From: Azolla caroliniana
Lineage: Eukaryota; Plantae; Polypodiophyta
Direction: 5' to 3'
NCBI GenBank assembly: GCA_043228905.1
Contig: JBHGNT010000005.1
Coordinates: 23,684,001 to 23,748,000, forward strand
DNA length: 64,000 nt
A model generated the notes under the pieces. It saw only the letters and a program-made list of their open reading frames with translations, had not been told where the DNA came from and made no database searches. The position numbers and the translations under genes were made by a program. The first letter of the stretch is position 1, and each line of letters starts with the position of its first letter. Positions 12,011 to 24,520 of the stretch are shown here, piece after piece.

Positions 12011-14094
12011 TGTTGAGAATCAAGCTCAACTTGGTCTAGTGTGTGAACTCACCTTGAGAGTGAATAGACACTCCAACGGTCAAGAGTCACCATTATGTCA
12101 CCTCTTTGTATTCTAGCATTTAGTATGAGTCATAGAATCATAACTTATGAGCTTTCACATTCCCCATGCTCCATGAGTCTTGTAGTTAATGAAGAGAGAG
12201 GGTGACTATATAAAGCACCCTCCTCCCACCTTGTATTGAGTTGTTGTTTTTCTCCTTTGTGAATATTATCTACCTTGCGTATACTCTCTATGTGTGTGTG
12301 TGTGTGTGTGTCTCTCTCTCTCTCATACACACACACATTTCACACCTATTCCGCTACACAGGAATCACACCCGATTCTTTACTTGGTATTAGAGCGATTT
12401 GGTAGCTCGATCTAGCCCATTCGCCTCATCGTGATCGTGTGTTGTGCTCCACGCCGACGGTCAAGAACCGGCTCATCGCTATCGTAGCTTTGCTACATAG
12501 CTCGCATTCGAAGAGAGAAGAAGAAGAAGAAGAATCAACATAATGAATACTCAAATGGGGAGCGCTCTCCCTACCGAGAAGTTGGATCGAAACAACTTCG
12601 CATCTTGGGAGTACAAGATGCACCAATACCTTGTCGGACAAGGCTATTGGAGCTACATCAAAGGAGCGCATGAAGACCGACCCGCCAAAGCGACTCCCGG
12701 ATACGCGACATGTGAGCAAGCCGCAAGCCGCAAGCTGCGTGATGTATTGCTTGGCGACATGTGTTCAGGATCACATGCTCGGCTACATTCGCGAAGCCAA
12801 GACGTCGAAGGAGGCATGGGAAAATCTACGAAAGATTTTCGCGGCTCATACAACCGCAAGAAGGCTTCAACTCCGCCAAGAGTTGAACAACATTGAACAA
12901 AGGGACATGTCCATCATGACATACACCTCGAAGATCAAGGAGCTTTGCGATTCACTCGGCTCAATAAGCGTAAATATCGATGATGATGAGATGGTTCAAA
13001 TATGCGTCGGCGGCCTTGCACCACGGTTCGGCGCGATGCGAACCGCCGTTCTAGCATGAGAGAAATCTCCCTCCTTCTTTGAGCTCCAATCAATGCTATT
13101 CGTCGAAGAAAACCACATGCGTACAAGGAGCAATGAGTTGGAAGGCCACATGCTCTACACGCACTCGAACGGAGGAAGAGGACGCGGACGAGCGAGAGGC
13201 CGATTCGGCCAAGGACAAGGTGGACGAGGTCCGACCTACGATAATAACTCCCAATTTTGGCCGCAAAATAGAAGCCAACGAGGAACCTTTGCAAGAAGGG
13301 GGAGCTTCCACTCCGGCCCGAGCCGTCAAAACACAACCGAATGCGGATATTGCGGAAAGCTCGGCCACCACGAAGAAGAGTGCCGAAAGAAGATGCGTGA
13401 AATGACTTCCACAAGCTGACAACTCACGAATTACGCGCACAATTACGACTACGAAGAGTATAGCGGAATGTACGGGCACAACTCCGACTACGAAGATCGT
13501 GGTGGAATGTATGCACACAACTCTGACCGTGGCGGAATGTTCATGATGAAACATAGAGCACACTCTATGTCGGCCTCTACCTCAACTAGTGCCTCCGGTC
13601 CGGAAGACGTATGGTTCGTCGATTCCGGTGCCTCGAACCTTATGACATCGCATCAAGAATGGTTCCGAGAACTTCGAGAGCCGGACCGACCCAACTATGT
13701 TGAAACTGGAGACGACACTACGCACCCGATTCGGCACATCGGAAATGTTCCATTCGGAAAAGAAGGTAAGCAAAATTACATTAAAAATGTCTTGCATGTA
13801 CCAACCATTACGAAGAACTTGGTCTCCGTCGGCCAAATTGTAGAGCAAGGGATGCAAGTTCAATTTAATCAAGGCGGTTGCTTTATCTAAAAAGAGGGCC
13901 GACTCATCGCACGCGGACGAAGAGAGGGCCGAATGTTCATTCTTGACTCACACGAGATGAAATCGGCCATGTACGTAAAGGGCATGAAAGCCGACTCCGA
14001 CATAGAGTTATGGCACAAGCGGATTGGCCATATCAACCTCCAAAAGCTCAAGGAAATGCAATCGAAAGGAGTCGTCATTGGACTCCCGACCTTC
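12011..14094 (+). mobile_element. Copia 5' half (LTR 12011-12383, PBS, gag, protease, GAG-pre-integrase); left arm of fold-back
   Basis: TGTTGAGAATC LTR, PBS tggtattagagcg, gag MGSALPTEKLDRNNFASW, zinc knuckle CGYCGKLGHHEEEC, PR WFVDSGAS, LWHKRIGH. Confidence 0.9.
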
Positions 14095-15592
14095 TTTTCC
14101 GAACGGAACATTGCCGATGTGCCGAATCGGGTGCGTAGTGTTGTCTCCGGTTTCGACATAGCCGGGTCGGTCCGGCTTTCGAAGTTCTCGGAACCATTCT
14201 TGATGCGATGTCATATGGTTCGAGGCACCGGAATCGATGAACCATACGTCTTCCGGAGTGGAGGCACTAGTTGGGGTAGTGGCCGACATAGAGTTTGCTC
14301 TATGTTTCATCATGAACATTCCGCCACGGTCGGAGTTGTGTGCATACATTCTGCTACGATCTTCGTAGTTGGAGTTGTGCCCGTACATTCCGCCATGGTC
14401 GGAGTTGTGTGCATACATTCCGCCACGATCTTCATAGTCGGAGTTGTCCCCTTACATTCCGCTATACTCTTCGTAGTCGGAATTGTGCGCGTAATTCGTG
14501 AGTTGTCGGCTTGTGGAAGCCGATTCACGCATCTTCTTTCGGCACTCTTCTTCGTGGTGGCCGAGCTTTCCGCAATATCCGCATTCGGTTGGGTTTTGAC
14601 GGCTTGGGCCGGAATGGGAGCTCCCCCTTCTTGCGAAGGTTCCTCGTTGGCTTCCGTTTTGCGGCCGAAATTGGGAGTTGTTGTCGTAGGTTAGACCTCG
14701 TCCGCCTTGTCCTTGGCCGAATCGGCCTCTCGCTCGTCCGCGTCCTCTTCCTCCGTTCGAGTGCGTGTAGAGCATGTGGCCTTCCAACTCATTGCTCCTT
14801 GTACCCACGTGGTTTTCTTCGACGAATAGCATTGATTGGAGCTCAAAGAAGGAGGGAGATTTCTCTCGTGCTAGAACGACGGTTCGCATCGCGCCAAACC
14901 GTGGTGCAAGGCCGCCGAGGCATATTTGAACCATCTCATCATCATCGATATTTACGCTTATTGAGCCGAGCGAATGGCAAAGCTCCTTGATCTTTGAGGT
15001 GTATGTCGTGATGGACATCTCCCTTTGTTCAATGTTGTTCAACTCTTGGCGGAGTTGAAGCTTCCTCGCGGTCGTGTTGGTGGCGAAAATATTTCGTAGA
15101 TTTTCCCACGCTTCCTTCGGTGTCTTGGCTTCTCAAATGTAACCGAGCATGTGGTCATGAACACATGTTGCCAAACAATACATCACACGGCTTGCAGCTT
15201 GCTCCCATGTCGCGTATCCGGGAGCCGCTTCGGCGGGTCGGTCTTCATGCGCTCCTTTGATGTAGCTCCAATAGCCTTGTCCGACAAGGTATTGGTGCAT
15301 CTTGTACTCCCAAGATGAAAAGTTGTTTCGATCCAACTTCTCGGTAGGGAGAGCGCTCCCCATTTGAGTATTCATTATGTCGGTTCTTCTTCTTCTTCTT
15401 CTCTCTTCGAATGCGTGCTATGTAGCGAAGCTATGATAGCGATGAGCCGGTTCTTGGTTGTCGGCGTGGAGCACAACACACAATCACGATGAGGCGAATG
15501 GGATAGATCGAGCTACCAAATCGCTCTGATACCATGTAAAGAATCAAGAGATGGATTCTTGTGAAGCGGAAGAGATGTGAGTTCTGTGTGTG

Positions 15593-15652
<60 letters not shown>

Positions 15653-15955
15653 AGAGTGAAACACAGAGAATACGCAAGGTAAAAGTATATTGACAAAGGA
15701 GAAAGACTCAACACTATACAAGGTGGGAGGAGGGTGCTTTATATAGTCATCCTCTCTCTTCATTAACTATAAGGCTCATGGAGCATGGGGAATGTGAAAG
15801 CTCATAAGTTATGTGTCATAGAATATGATTCTATGACTCATACTAAATGCTAGAATACAAAGAGGTGACTTAATGGTGACTCTTGATCGTTGGAGTGTCT
15901 ATTCACTCTCAAGGTGAGTTCACACACTAGACCAAGTTGAGCTTGATTCTCAACA
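14089..15955 (-). mobile_element. Copia 5' half in inverted orientation (LTR 15535-15955, PBS, gag, protease); right arm of fold-back
   Basis: Reverse-complement homolog of 12011-13767; PBS TGGTATCAGAGCG at 15534-15522. Confidence 0.9.
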
Positions 15956-18208
15956 AATAGGAAGTAGAAATTTGCAGAGCTCGGTTCGACAGCATTTCGT
16001 TCTCCAAAATCATGGATCCCCTCACTCTGTCTTCTCTCCCTCTTATAGTTCGAGGAGAGAGAGAGAGGAGTCATTAAATTAGGCCATTAAGACAACCGCT
16101 TTCTCCCTAATTCTCTCCTCGATCTCCTCCAATCAATCATCTTTATTCTTGTTGAGAGACAAGCTCAACATGGGCCGCATCGGCTGAAGAAGCTGAAGGC
16201 CAAGAGCTGAGTGTCAAGACCTAAGGACGGAGAGCCAAATCAAATAGAGTTCGATTTGGGTGACTCGAGTCATAGGAAATTCGGCAAGCCATTAGAGGCC
16301 TATATTCCTATTTTAGTAAATAGGAATATTGTAGGCAGAGCTAGTGTCAGGCTCATTTATGAGCACTCAAGTACTTGTTAGTACTTGTGTCAGCCCACTC
16401 TTTAGGGCTTGTATATAAAGTGCACTCTGAGCACTCTTGTATGTACTAGGTCTTTTGTAATCGAAATATTGTTGTCTGCTCAACTCAGTCTCTCTCTCTC
16501 TCTCTCTCCCATCATTGACTATGTACTCGGTGTCTATCGCACACGCTTCCGCACAAGTATGCTTTTACATGGTATCCGAGCGCGAGGGTTGAGACTCCTT
16601 TGCAGCGGATAGAAAAGCAAGCAAAGAAGACAGACACAAGTTTCTCGTTTTTCGGAAAAGAAAGACAGGAACATGGACAAAGGAATGGGAAGCTCTCTTC
16701 TGATCGAAAAGCATGATAGGAGCAACTATTCATCTTGGTCATACAAGATGCACTAGTACCCGCTCAACGACAGTTACTGGAGTTATGTCAAAGAAGCTAA
16801 TGATGTAGCACCCAAATTGACACACAAAGATTTCTCGACCTGGGAACACGTTGTCGCGTTATTCCGCGATTGCGTGTAGGATCTGAGGCGGGACCACGAG
16901 GGTCTTGGACTAGGGAGTAGAAGAGAAAGAGTAAGACAAGAAATGGAAGCTTAGCTCAAGAGGAGGAGGAATAAAACATTAACATTGAATGAGAAAATGA
17001 TGGAGGCAAGATATACAAATGGTTTGTATTAAGAAGAACATCACACGCATTACAACCATGGCCGCGTAGGTCGCACCCAATGACTACAAGAAAACCCTAA
17101 CCGGATAAGCAAGTAGAGAAGTATAGTAAAACCCTAAAGGAAACCCAAGAAGAAAACCCTAGAAGAAACCCTAACCGAAACCCAACTAGTATCCGTCGCA
17201 CGTCCTCGAGCCGTCGGCTCCAACCGATCCACCACGTCCAACGCGTGTCCCCGAAACATCAACTCCATTTGAACCGCTGTCGTAGTGTAATTCGCACACT
17301 ACGTGAAAAATTACATTTTTGGTTTCTCCAGATAGGATATGGAGTACCCAGTAAGAATTTGAAGGAAGAACCGGTGAGGACCGAAACCGGTAAGGAGACC
17401 CGGCAAGAGCCGGATGAAGAAGGCCGGTGAGAGTCGGTGAGAAGCGGACGAAGAGGACCGGTAAGGAGGATCTGGTAAGAACCGGATAAAGAAAACCGGC
17501 GAGAACCGGATGAAGCAGAACCGGCAAGAGCCAGATGAAGAAGGCCGGCGAGAGTCTCTCACAAGATGAAGAGACATATTTAAATAGAAGAAAGTATAAA
17601 ATTATATATTACATGCATAGGGCAAGATTCGAACCTTGCACCTCCATGTTAATAATGTTAAGCCTTATCATTATACTAGCGTATTATGAATTTTAAAGTT
17701 ATACTAAACTTTATCCCATGTAAATATTCTAGACATGCATGGTACAAAAAGTTATTCATGCATAGACACTCGAGTTAAAAGAAAAGATGAGATAGAAAGC
17801 TAATCATGCACATGCAATGTGCATGAAAACTAAAGATAGGAAAAGCATGATGCTTGCATGTGATAAACTTAGACTCTTCCAACACTATATAAGGAAGAGA
17901 GAAAGATATATAGAGGTTGTTGATTATTTTACAAGGGTTGATTAATATAATATAATCGTGGAATCCACGAGTTTGCTAACTATTTTTTCTCTCTTAATTT
18001 GAGTACTCACTAATACACTATACTCGTGGGATTCACGAGTTTTTCATATCTTTCCTTCTTACAATATATTTCATATTCTTAATTGCCTTAGAATTTTCTT
18101 TCCTCCTAGTCCAAAACCCCACCGGTTCCCACCTGACTCACGCAATGATCCGGAGCCGAAAGGCACAACACAAGTGGTGAACCCGACGTGAACACGGGTG
18201 GCAAGGAG

Positions 18209-20094
18209 ATGGAAAATCAACCGAAGGCTAACAACATGATGATGATGTTCGAGCGGATGCTTCAAGAACAACATGCGATGTCGGAGATAGCGGCGGCAGT
18301 AGAGCGGCTCGTGCAACGCATCGGGCAATTCAACGGGAAGGACGTATCGCGCTATCTTCGGGACTACAAGGCGGAAATGATACGATGCGGGATTTCGGAA
18401 GGACTGCAAGTGACATCCTTCAACCGGGTAGCTACCGACGGTCCTCGATGTGTTTTCGACATTCGAAAGTTGGTTCGGGAGGTTGTCTGCGAGAGATCAA
18501 GCTATCCTCGCACCGGACAAAGTTATCATGTTCTTACGAGCCGTAGACGTCCGGGACCGGAAGGATCTTGGAGTGCTTCTAGAGGACACGACTACCAAGA
18601 GTGGCCTCACCAAAACATGGGAAAGCGTGTGGGATATCGTCGCGCGATACACAAAGAGGGGGCAATGGCTTGCCAACGAAGAAAAGAGGGTTTCGGAACC
18701 AATTTCGAAACCGAGATCCAGATCGGAAGACTATCAACCGTGGGCTCGAGAAGCTACAACTGAGAAGGGAATCGACGCAACTACGGTGGAGCAATTGCTG
18801 AAGGAGATGGAGAATCTAAAAATCGCGATGGTGAAGAAGTCGGATGACCGTCCCACAAGTTCCAAGTATATGGACCGTCGATGCATATGGTGCGATAGCA
18901 CCGAACATGATCGGAGGGATTGCGACGAGCACAAGGAAGCACTACGACAAGATCTTATCTACTATGAGGGAAATCAGATTCATTCGATGGACTCTCGAAA
19001 GTAGCTCCGACCAAACTTCCGAAAAGGCGGCATGAAGAGGGTCCTAGAGGAGGAAATAGCGGCGAAGAGCAATTACGCGACAACTGCGGGAATACGTGTC
19101 GGGGAGTCATCGGTAGCAAAGGTGTTTTTTTGGCCGGAAGTGCTAGAAAACACTGAGAAAACTGACTCTAATGAGATCCGAAGCACCGCGGAAGGCATCC
19201 GGGAAGCTACGGGATGGGAGTGCCCCGTGGATAAGAATAGCATGTTTGCTTTATGCCAATTGCATGAAGTGTATGTAGATGAGAAGCGACGGCGCACGGA
19301 TGAGGCGGCCAGTCCATCGAAGACACCGGAAAGCTGGAACTCTGGAGGTAAGGGAAAAGAAAAGATGATTCCAACATTCAAGCTCGCCTCGGACATCGAA
19401 AAAACAAACAGACTTGAAAAAGGTGTTCGAGGAGAGAATCCTCGATAGCCGGGTAGATTTTTCGCTTCGAGAATTACTCGGAATAGCAAAGAAGGAGTTC
19501 CATGATCTTCTTGTGGATCTCGTGAAGAGAAAAAGGCAAAGTACGGAGGAGAACGCTCCAAGGGTGAATGCAAATACCGTTCTAATGAATGACACCGAAT
19601 TGGAGGATGAAATACCGAATTCTCACTACACAAAGCCACACTGGGCACGCGCAACTACGGAGACTCCGGTCCGAATCGGTAACATGAAAGAGCCTGTGCT
19701 AGCAATTGATCACGGATCGGAGATCAACTTGATGTCCAAGGAGTTCTACCGGAAGGTTAAGTGGCCTATTAACACAAATCATGGGTGGAAGATCCGGGTA
19801 GCCACTAAAGCAACGGAAGAGCTATTTGCGGCTTGTCTAGATGTGACGGTGAGGATCGGGGATGTCGAGATCGACCAAAATTTCTTCGTACAAGACGAGG
19901 TCTCGCACTCCGTGATCCTCGGGCAACCCTTTATCACGGCATCACGGATGGAGACGAAGGTGCTCGATAGCGGTGCGGCTTTTGCACGAATTCGGAGCCA
20001 AAACGGAGGGAAATCCGTCCAATTCCTAACGGTGCCGGCAAATCATGAAAGGAACAAGAGAGAGCTCTTGTCCCAAACAAGAATGGATTTTTAG
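18209..20094 (+). pseudogene. gag: gag-protease of element E (frameshifted and with stops)
   Basis: IGQFNGKDVSRYL, zinc knuckle CIWCDSTEHDRRDC and PR IDHGSEINL across ORFs 18188..20094. Confidence 0.85.
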
Positions 20095-23000
20095 AGCGGA
20101 CTGTTGCGGAGTGGGGAAGTGATAGTCCGAGAAGGCCTGATACCCCACAGAGGAAGAAACCTCTCGGTGCAAAACAAGTACGAATCGGTCCGGATGGGGC
20201 ATCCACGTACACGGCCGTAACCAGAGGAATGAAGAAAGAATACCGAAAAGTGGAGGATAAGTTACGGTCGGCATCAATAATAAAAGAAGACGAAGAAATC
20301 GTGGGAATAGTCGAAGAAGTGTTCTATGGGAGCACACTACAACGGCTTGAAGAGGTCGCGGAAGATACAAGCTAGGGAAACCGGGTAATTTCGGTGGAGT
20401 CGGTCGAGATGTATGAGATCATTGTGAAAATGGGGCCGGATGCGCTCCGCAAAGAAGAAGTAATGGTAAGTATGAAATACAAGACCGTGGAGAAGAAAGT
20501 GAAACCGGCTGCGGGACCGTTACCCGTAGATAGCGAACAAAAGAGGAAAGAAGTCTCGGGGGATCCGACACTTCGGAAGTCCATGGATATCAGACATGCC
20601 TTCACGGATGAGACCCAGAAGAAACTTCGGATCGGTGGAGGTGGGTTCCTATTAAAGAATGAAGAAGAACAATTCCGTGGGATGCTAGAGCGACATGGGA
20701 GAGCATTTGCATTTACATTGAAAGAAATAGGATGCGCTGACCTGAAGATAGTGGAGCCGATGGTGATCTTCACGATTGACCATGTGCCGTGGAACCTGAA
20801 GCCGATTCCGGTGCCACGGGCGCATATTCCGAAAATCATCGACTTGCTCAAGGAGAAGGTGGCGATGGGGATTCTAGAGCCATCAAATGCTCCGTACTCA
20901 AATCGATGGTTTACGGTTCCAAAGAAGAATGGGTCACTCCGATTTATTCAAGATTTGCAACTAGTGAACAAGGTCACGATCCGGAACTCCGGAGTCGGTC
21001 CGATAGTGGACGAACTTGCGGAAGCATTTGCCGGTCGCACGATATACTCCATCGGAGACCTATATTCCAGATATGACCAATTCCAACTAGCCGTGGAGAG
21101 CCGAGACATCACTACCATGTGGACACCGATAGGGTTAGTCCGGATGTGTACGCTACCACAAGGCGCGACGAACTCAGTCGCACATATGATGAATGCGATG
21201 AACAAGGTGCTCCGGGATTGCATATCGGAGATAACGATGCCGTTCCTAGATGACATTCCAATGAAAGGGTGTGCGGTGGAAGAAAAAGATGAAGCTATGG
21301 ATGAACGGGGATGCTGAAGGTTCATAGTCAACCATATCCGTGATTGTGAGAAAGTGTTATGGAAGTTAGAAGATGTGCATCTAACACTTTCCGGAGAGAA
21401 ATCGGCATTCGGACAAGAAGAAATATTGGTAGTCGGACATCTATGTGGGCCCTATGGCCGAAGACCGTCACCAACCAAGATCGATGCGATTCAAGCTATG
21501 AAAGAAGTATGCGAGTCACAATCCAAAGTCCGAAGGTTTCTTGGAGCATGTGCATTCTATCACATATGGATTCCGCACTACGCACATATTGCGGACCCAC
21601 TCTATCACTTGTTGCGGAAGGGGAAGAAGTTCGAATGGAAACCGGAACACACCGAAGCCATGAGGAAGCTCAAGAAAACACTGTGGAGGGCTGAAGCTCT
21701 AAAAAAGCCGAACTATGACCGACTGGTTATAGTAACGGTTGATACAAGTCCAACCGGAATCGGATAGGTCATCAATCAACTTGACTCGAATGGTTCACAA
21801 TATCCGATCCGATTCGGAGCAAAGGTTCTCAGTGAAAGGCAACGCGGGTATGCGCAAGTCAAAAGAGAATTATGGGGAGTCGTGTCGGCAATCAAATCGG
21901 ATCGAGATTATTTGATCGGAGCCGAAGTAGTGATCGAAACGGATTGTCTTCCGATACTCGGGATGATGCGGTGTTGTACTATACCGGATGTGACTATGCT
22001 AAGGTGGATTGCATATGTTAAGTCACTTAATCCGGAGGTAAGACACATCTTTGGAAAAGACAACGCTGTAGCGGATATGCTATCAAGGGTGTGGTTTGGA
22101 GATGACATAACCGAATCCGATAATGAAGAAGTTTCCGAAGACTACTTTGCTTCGGAGCACATATGCCGGGTGGACGTAATCCAAGAATTCTGGGAAGAAG
22201 AATACAAGGGAGAAAGCTTGTTGATCGGGAAAATGCTACGAGAAATCAAGGAATCATCAAACAATAAAGAGAAGAGAGCCGAGATCCGAAGTAAGAAACG
22301 GCAAGTCCGAGAGTTCTTCTTGAAAAATGGATTACTATGGAGGGAGCCGAAAAGACCGGATGGCATACCACTTCAAGTAGTCGGGACGAAAGAGCAATGA
22401 AACCGGATAATGTTTGAATTACACGAATCCAATTGGGCTGGACATCGAGGAACATGGGCAACTTTTGTGAAAATCAAACAAAAATATTGGTGGAAGAACA
22501 TGTACAAAGATATAGCGGAGTTCACGGAAAGCTGCGAGAAGTGTCAAATCTACTCCGGAGTTCGACACCGAGATGAGCTACATCCGACATTCTCACCAAC
22601 AATCAACTTCAAATGGATGGTCGATATTGTAGCCATGCCAACCGGGATCGGACAAAAGAAGTACTTGGTGTTAGCTCGGGAAGATCTCACAAACCAAGTA
22701 GAAGGTCGGGCGCAACGGAGGAAAACGTGTTCTATGGTATGCCAATTCCTTTTGGAAGAAGTGTTTTGCAGGTACGGGTGCGTAGGACAAGTGATTGCGG
22801 ATCGGGGAGAACTCGACTCTAATAAAGCTAAGGAATTCTTCACTAAGCATGGAGTTCGGTTAACACTGCGGCATACAATCCGGAAGCCAACGGGAAGATC
22901 GAACGAGGACATAGTCTGATTGTCAAAACACTTGCAAAGGCATGCGATGGAAGGGTGAAGGATTGGCCACAGATGCTTCCGTATGCACTATGGGCGGATC

Positions 23001-23586
23001 AGACGACGCATAGCTCCGTAACCGGTTACATGCCGGTAGAACTCATGACTGGACAAGCACTGGTAATGCCAACGGAAACCGCAATCGCGACATGGACAGT
23101 GCTATCGTGGAAGGAAGAGATGAGCCGGGAAGAACTACTAGCGGTCCGGATGCGGAAACTAGAGGGAAGACCAGAAGACATAGCGGAAGCAATACGCCGA
23201 CAACAAGAAGCGCAATTCCGGAATAAAAGCCGGTTCGACACAAAGCACCGACTACGACCGCGGAAGATTGAAGAAGGAGATTGGGTGATTGTCTACGACA
23301 GTAGTTTGGATCATCAACATACAATGATGTGGAAGTTCGCGAAAAGGTGGTTCGGGCCATATGAGGTTTGGAAAGTTTTTGACAACATAACTTATCGACT
23401 ATGCGAGTTGGATGGAACGACGCTACGAGTGCCTATAGCCGGGAAACGATGTCGCGGTAGTTGTGGTTCGTGCGGCGAAGTCGCGGGGACTAAGGTTAAG
23501 GGGAGTTGAAGAAACTTAACTTTTAATAAGGCTTGTATGGTGATGATAGAATGGTTAAGGATAGTAAGAAGAAGAGTTACGAGTAA

Positions 23587-23633
<47 letters not shown>

Positions 23634-24520
23634 CATAGATAAAAGATAAAGACAATGTATGATTCAAGAAAGAAGATTGAGACAAAGTATGATTCTAGAA
23701 AGAAGATTGAGACAAAGTATGATTCAAAGAACAAGAGTATATGATATAAACATGATGTATATTTTACCAACTTTACAATCCTTGATCGCAAGATGAATCT
23801 TTTCAATACCGACCCTTGATTTGAACCCACGACTTCCACTTTGAAACTCGAGGCTCTTCACCGAATAAGATATCTTCAATACTTGCTTAGATTTTTTTCT
23901 CCCATTTTCTCTTCTTTTCTTCCTTACCTTGTTTTCCCTTTCCCCCCTTTATATAAGTGTTGCCATGCATATGGTAATGTATGGGAGCATGGCATGCATG
24001 CAATGCATGAGTTACATGTAATGCATGATCGCCATTTGGCGCACATGCATTGCATGTGATGAATGATGGCTATGTATGAAAATAGATATGGGATAAGTAT
24101 AATGATGAAAATGCATTCTACAATAACTAACCTAGCTTAGTGGTGTATGCTTGGTGCTTGGTATACAAGGTTGAGGGTTCAAGTCCCTCAATTTTACTTA
24201 ATACAATATATAGCTTCATTCTTATATCATGAAGCACATTTATTACACACTTTTACAAATAAATAGCCTAGCCTAGTGGTATGTACATTGTACATCGTAT
24301 ATAAGGATGTGGGTTCAAGTCTCTCAAATATTATTAAATACAACATTTAAGCTCATTTTTATATCGTGAAGCACATTCTTCACGACAACGCGTGAAGATT
24401 TTCAAGAAGCGGACTGAAGAAGAACCCTATGTGATCCTAGACAAGACCGACAAGAAGGAGCAATCGGACGAAGATCGTGGTGATGCGGAAAGCGAGGAAA
24501 GTGGATTACAACTCATAGTC
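20095..24520 (+). pseudogene. pol: pol (RT-RNase H-integrase) of element E, interrupted by solo LTR F
   Basis: RT MPFLDDIP, RH VDTSPTGIG, INT HES..GH, ADRGEL and FGPY; many stops. Confidence 0.88.
23450..24387 (-). mobile_element. Solo LTR (F), Trp lineage
   Basis: TGTCGC...CACGACA termini; TSD ACGA/ACGC; splits integrase GKR|VK. Confidence 0.85.

Noticed and set aside
13933-14694. 253-aa ORF as a novel gene
   Set aside because: It is a chimera of GAG-pre-integrase and antisense PR/gag across the fold-back junction.
15585-15655. (GA)n, (TA)n and (TACA)n microsatellites here and at 23587, 35407, 40368, 48858 and 54297
   Set aside because: Ordinary LTR-borne simple repeats that vary by slippage.
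17090-17180. AAACCCTA motifs as telomere remnants
   Set aside because: Dispersed telo-box-like motifs also present in the partner LTR (27590-27640); not a tandem array.
24133-24325. Functional tRNA genes
   Set aside because: Only A-box and T-arm motifs remain, with no acceptor or anticodon stems; reported as LTR modules instead.
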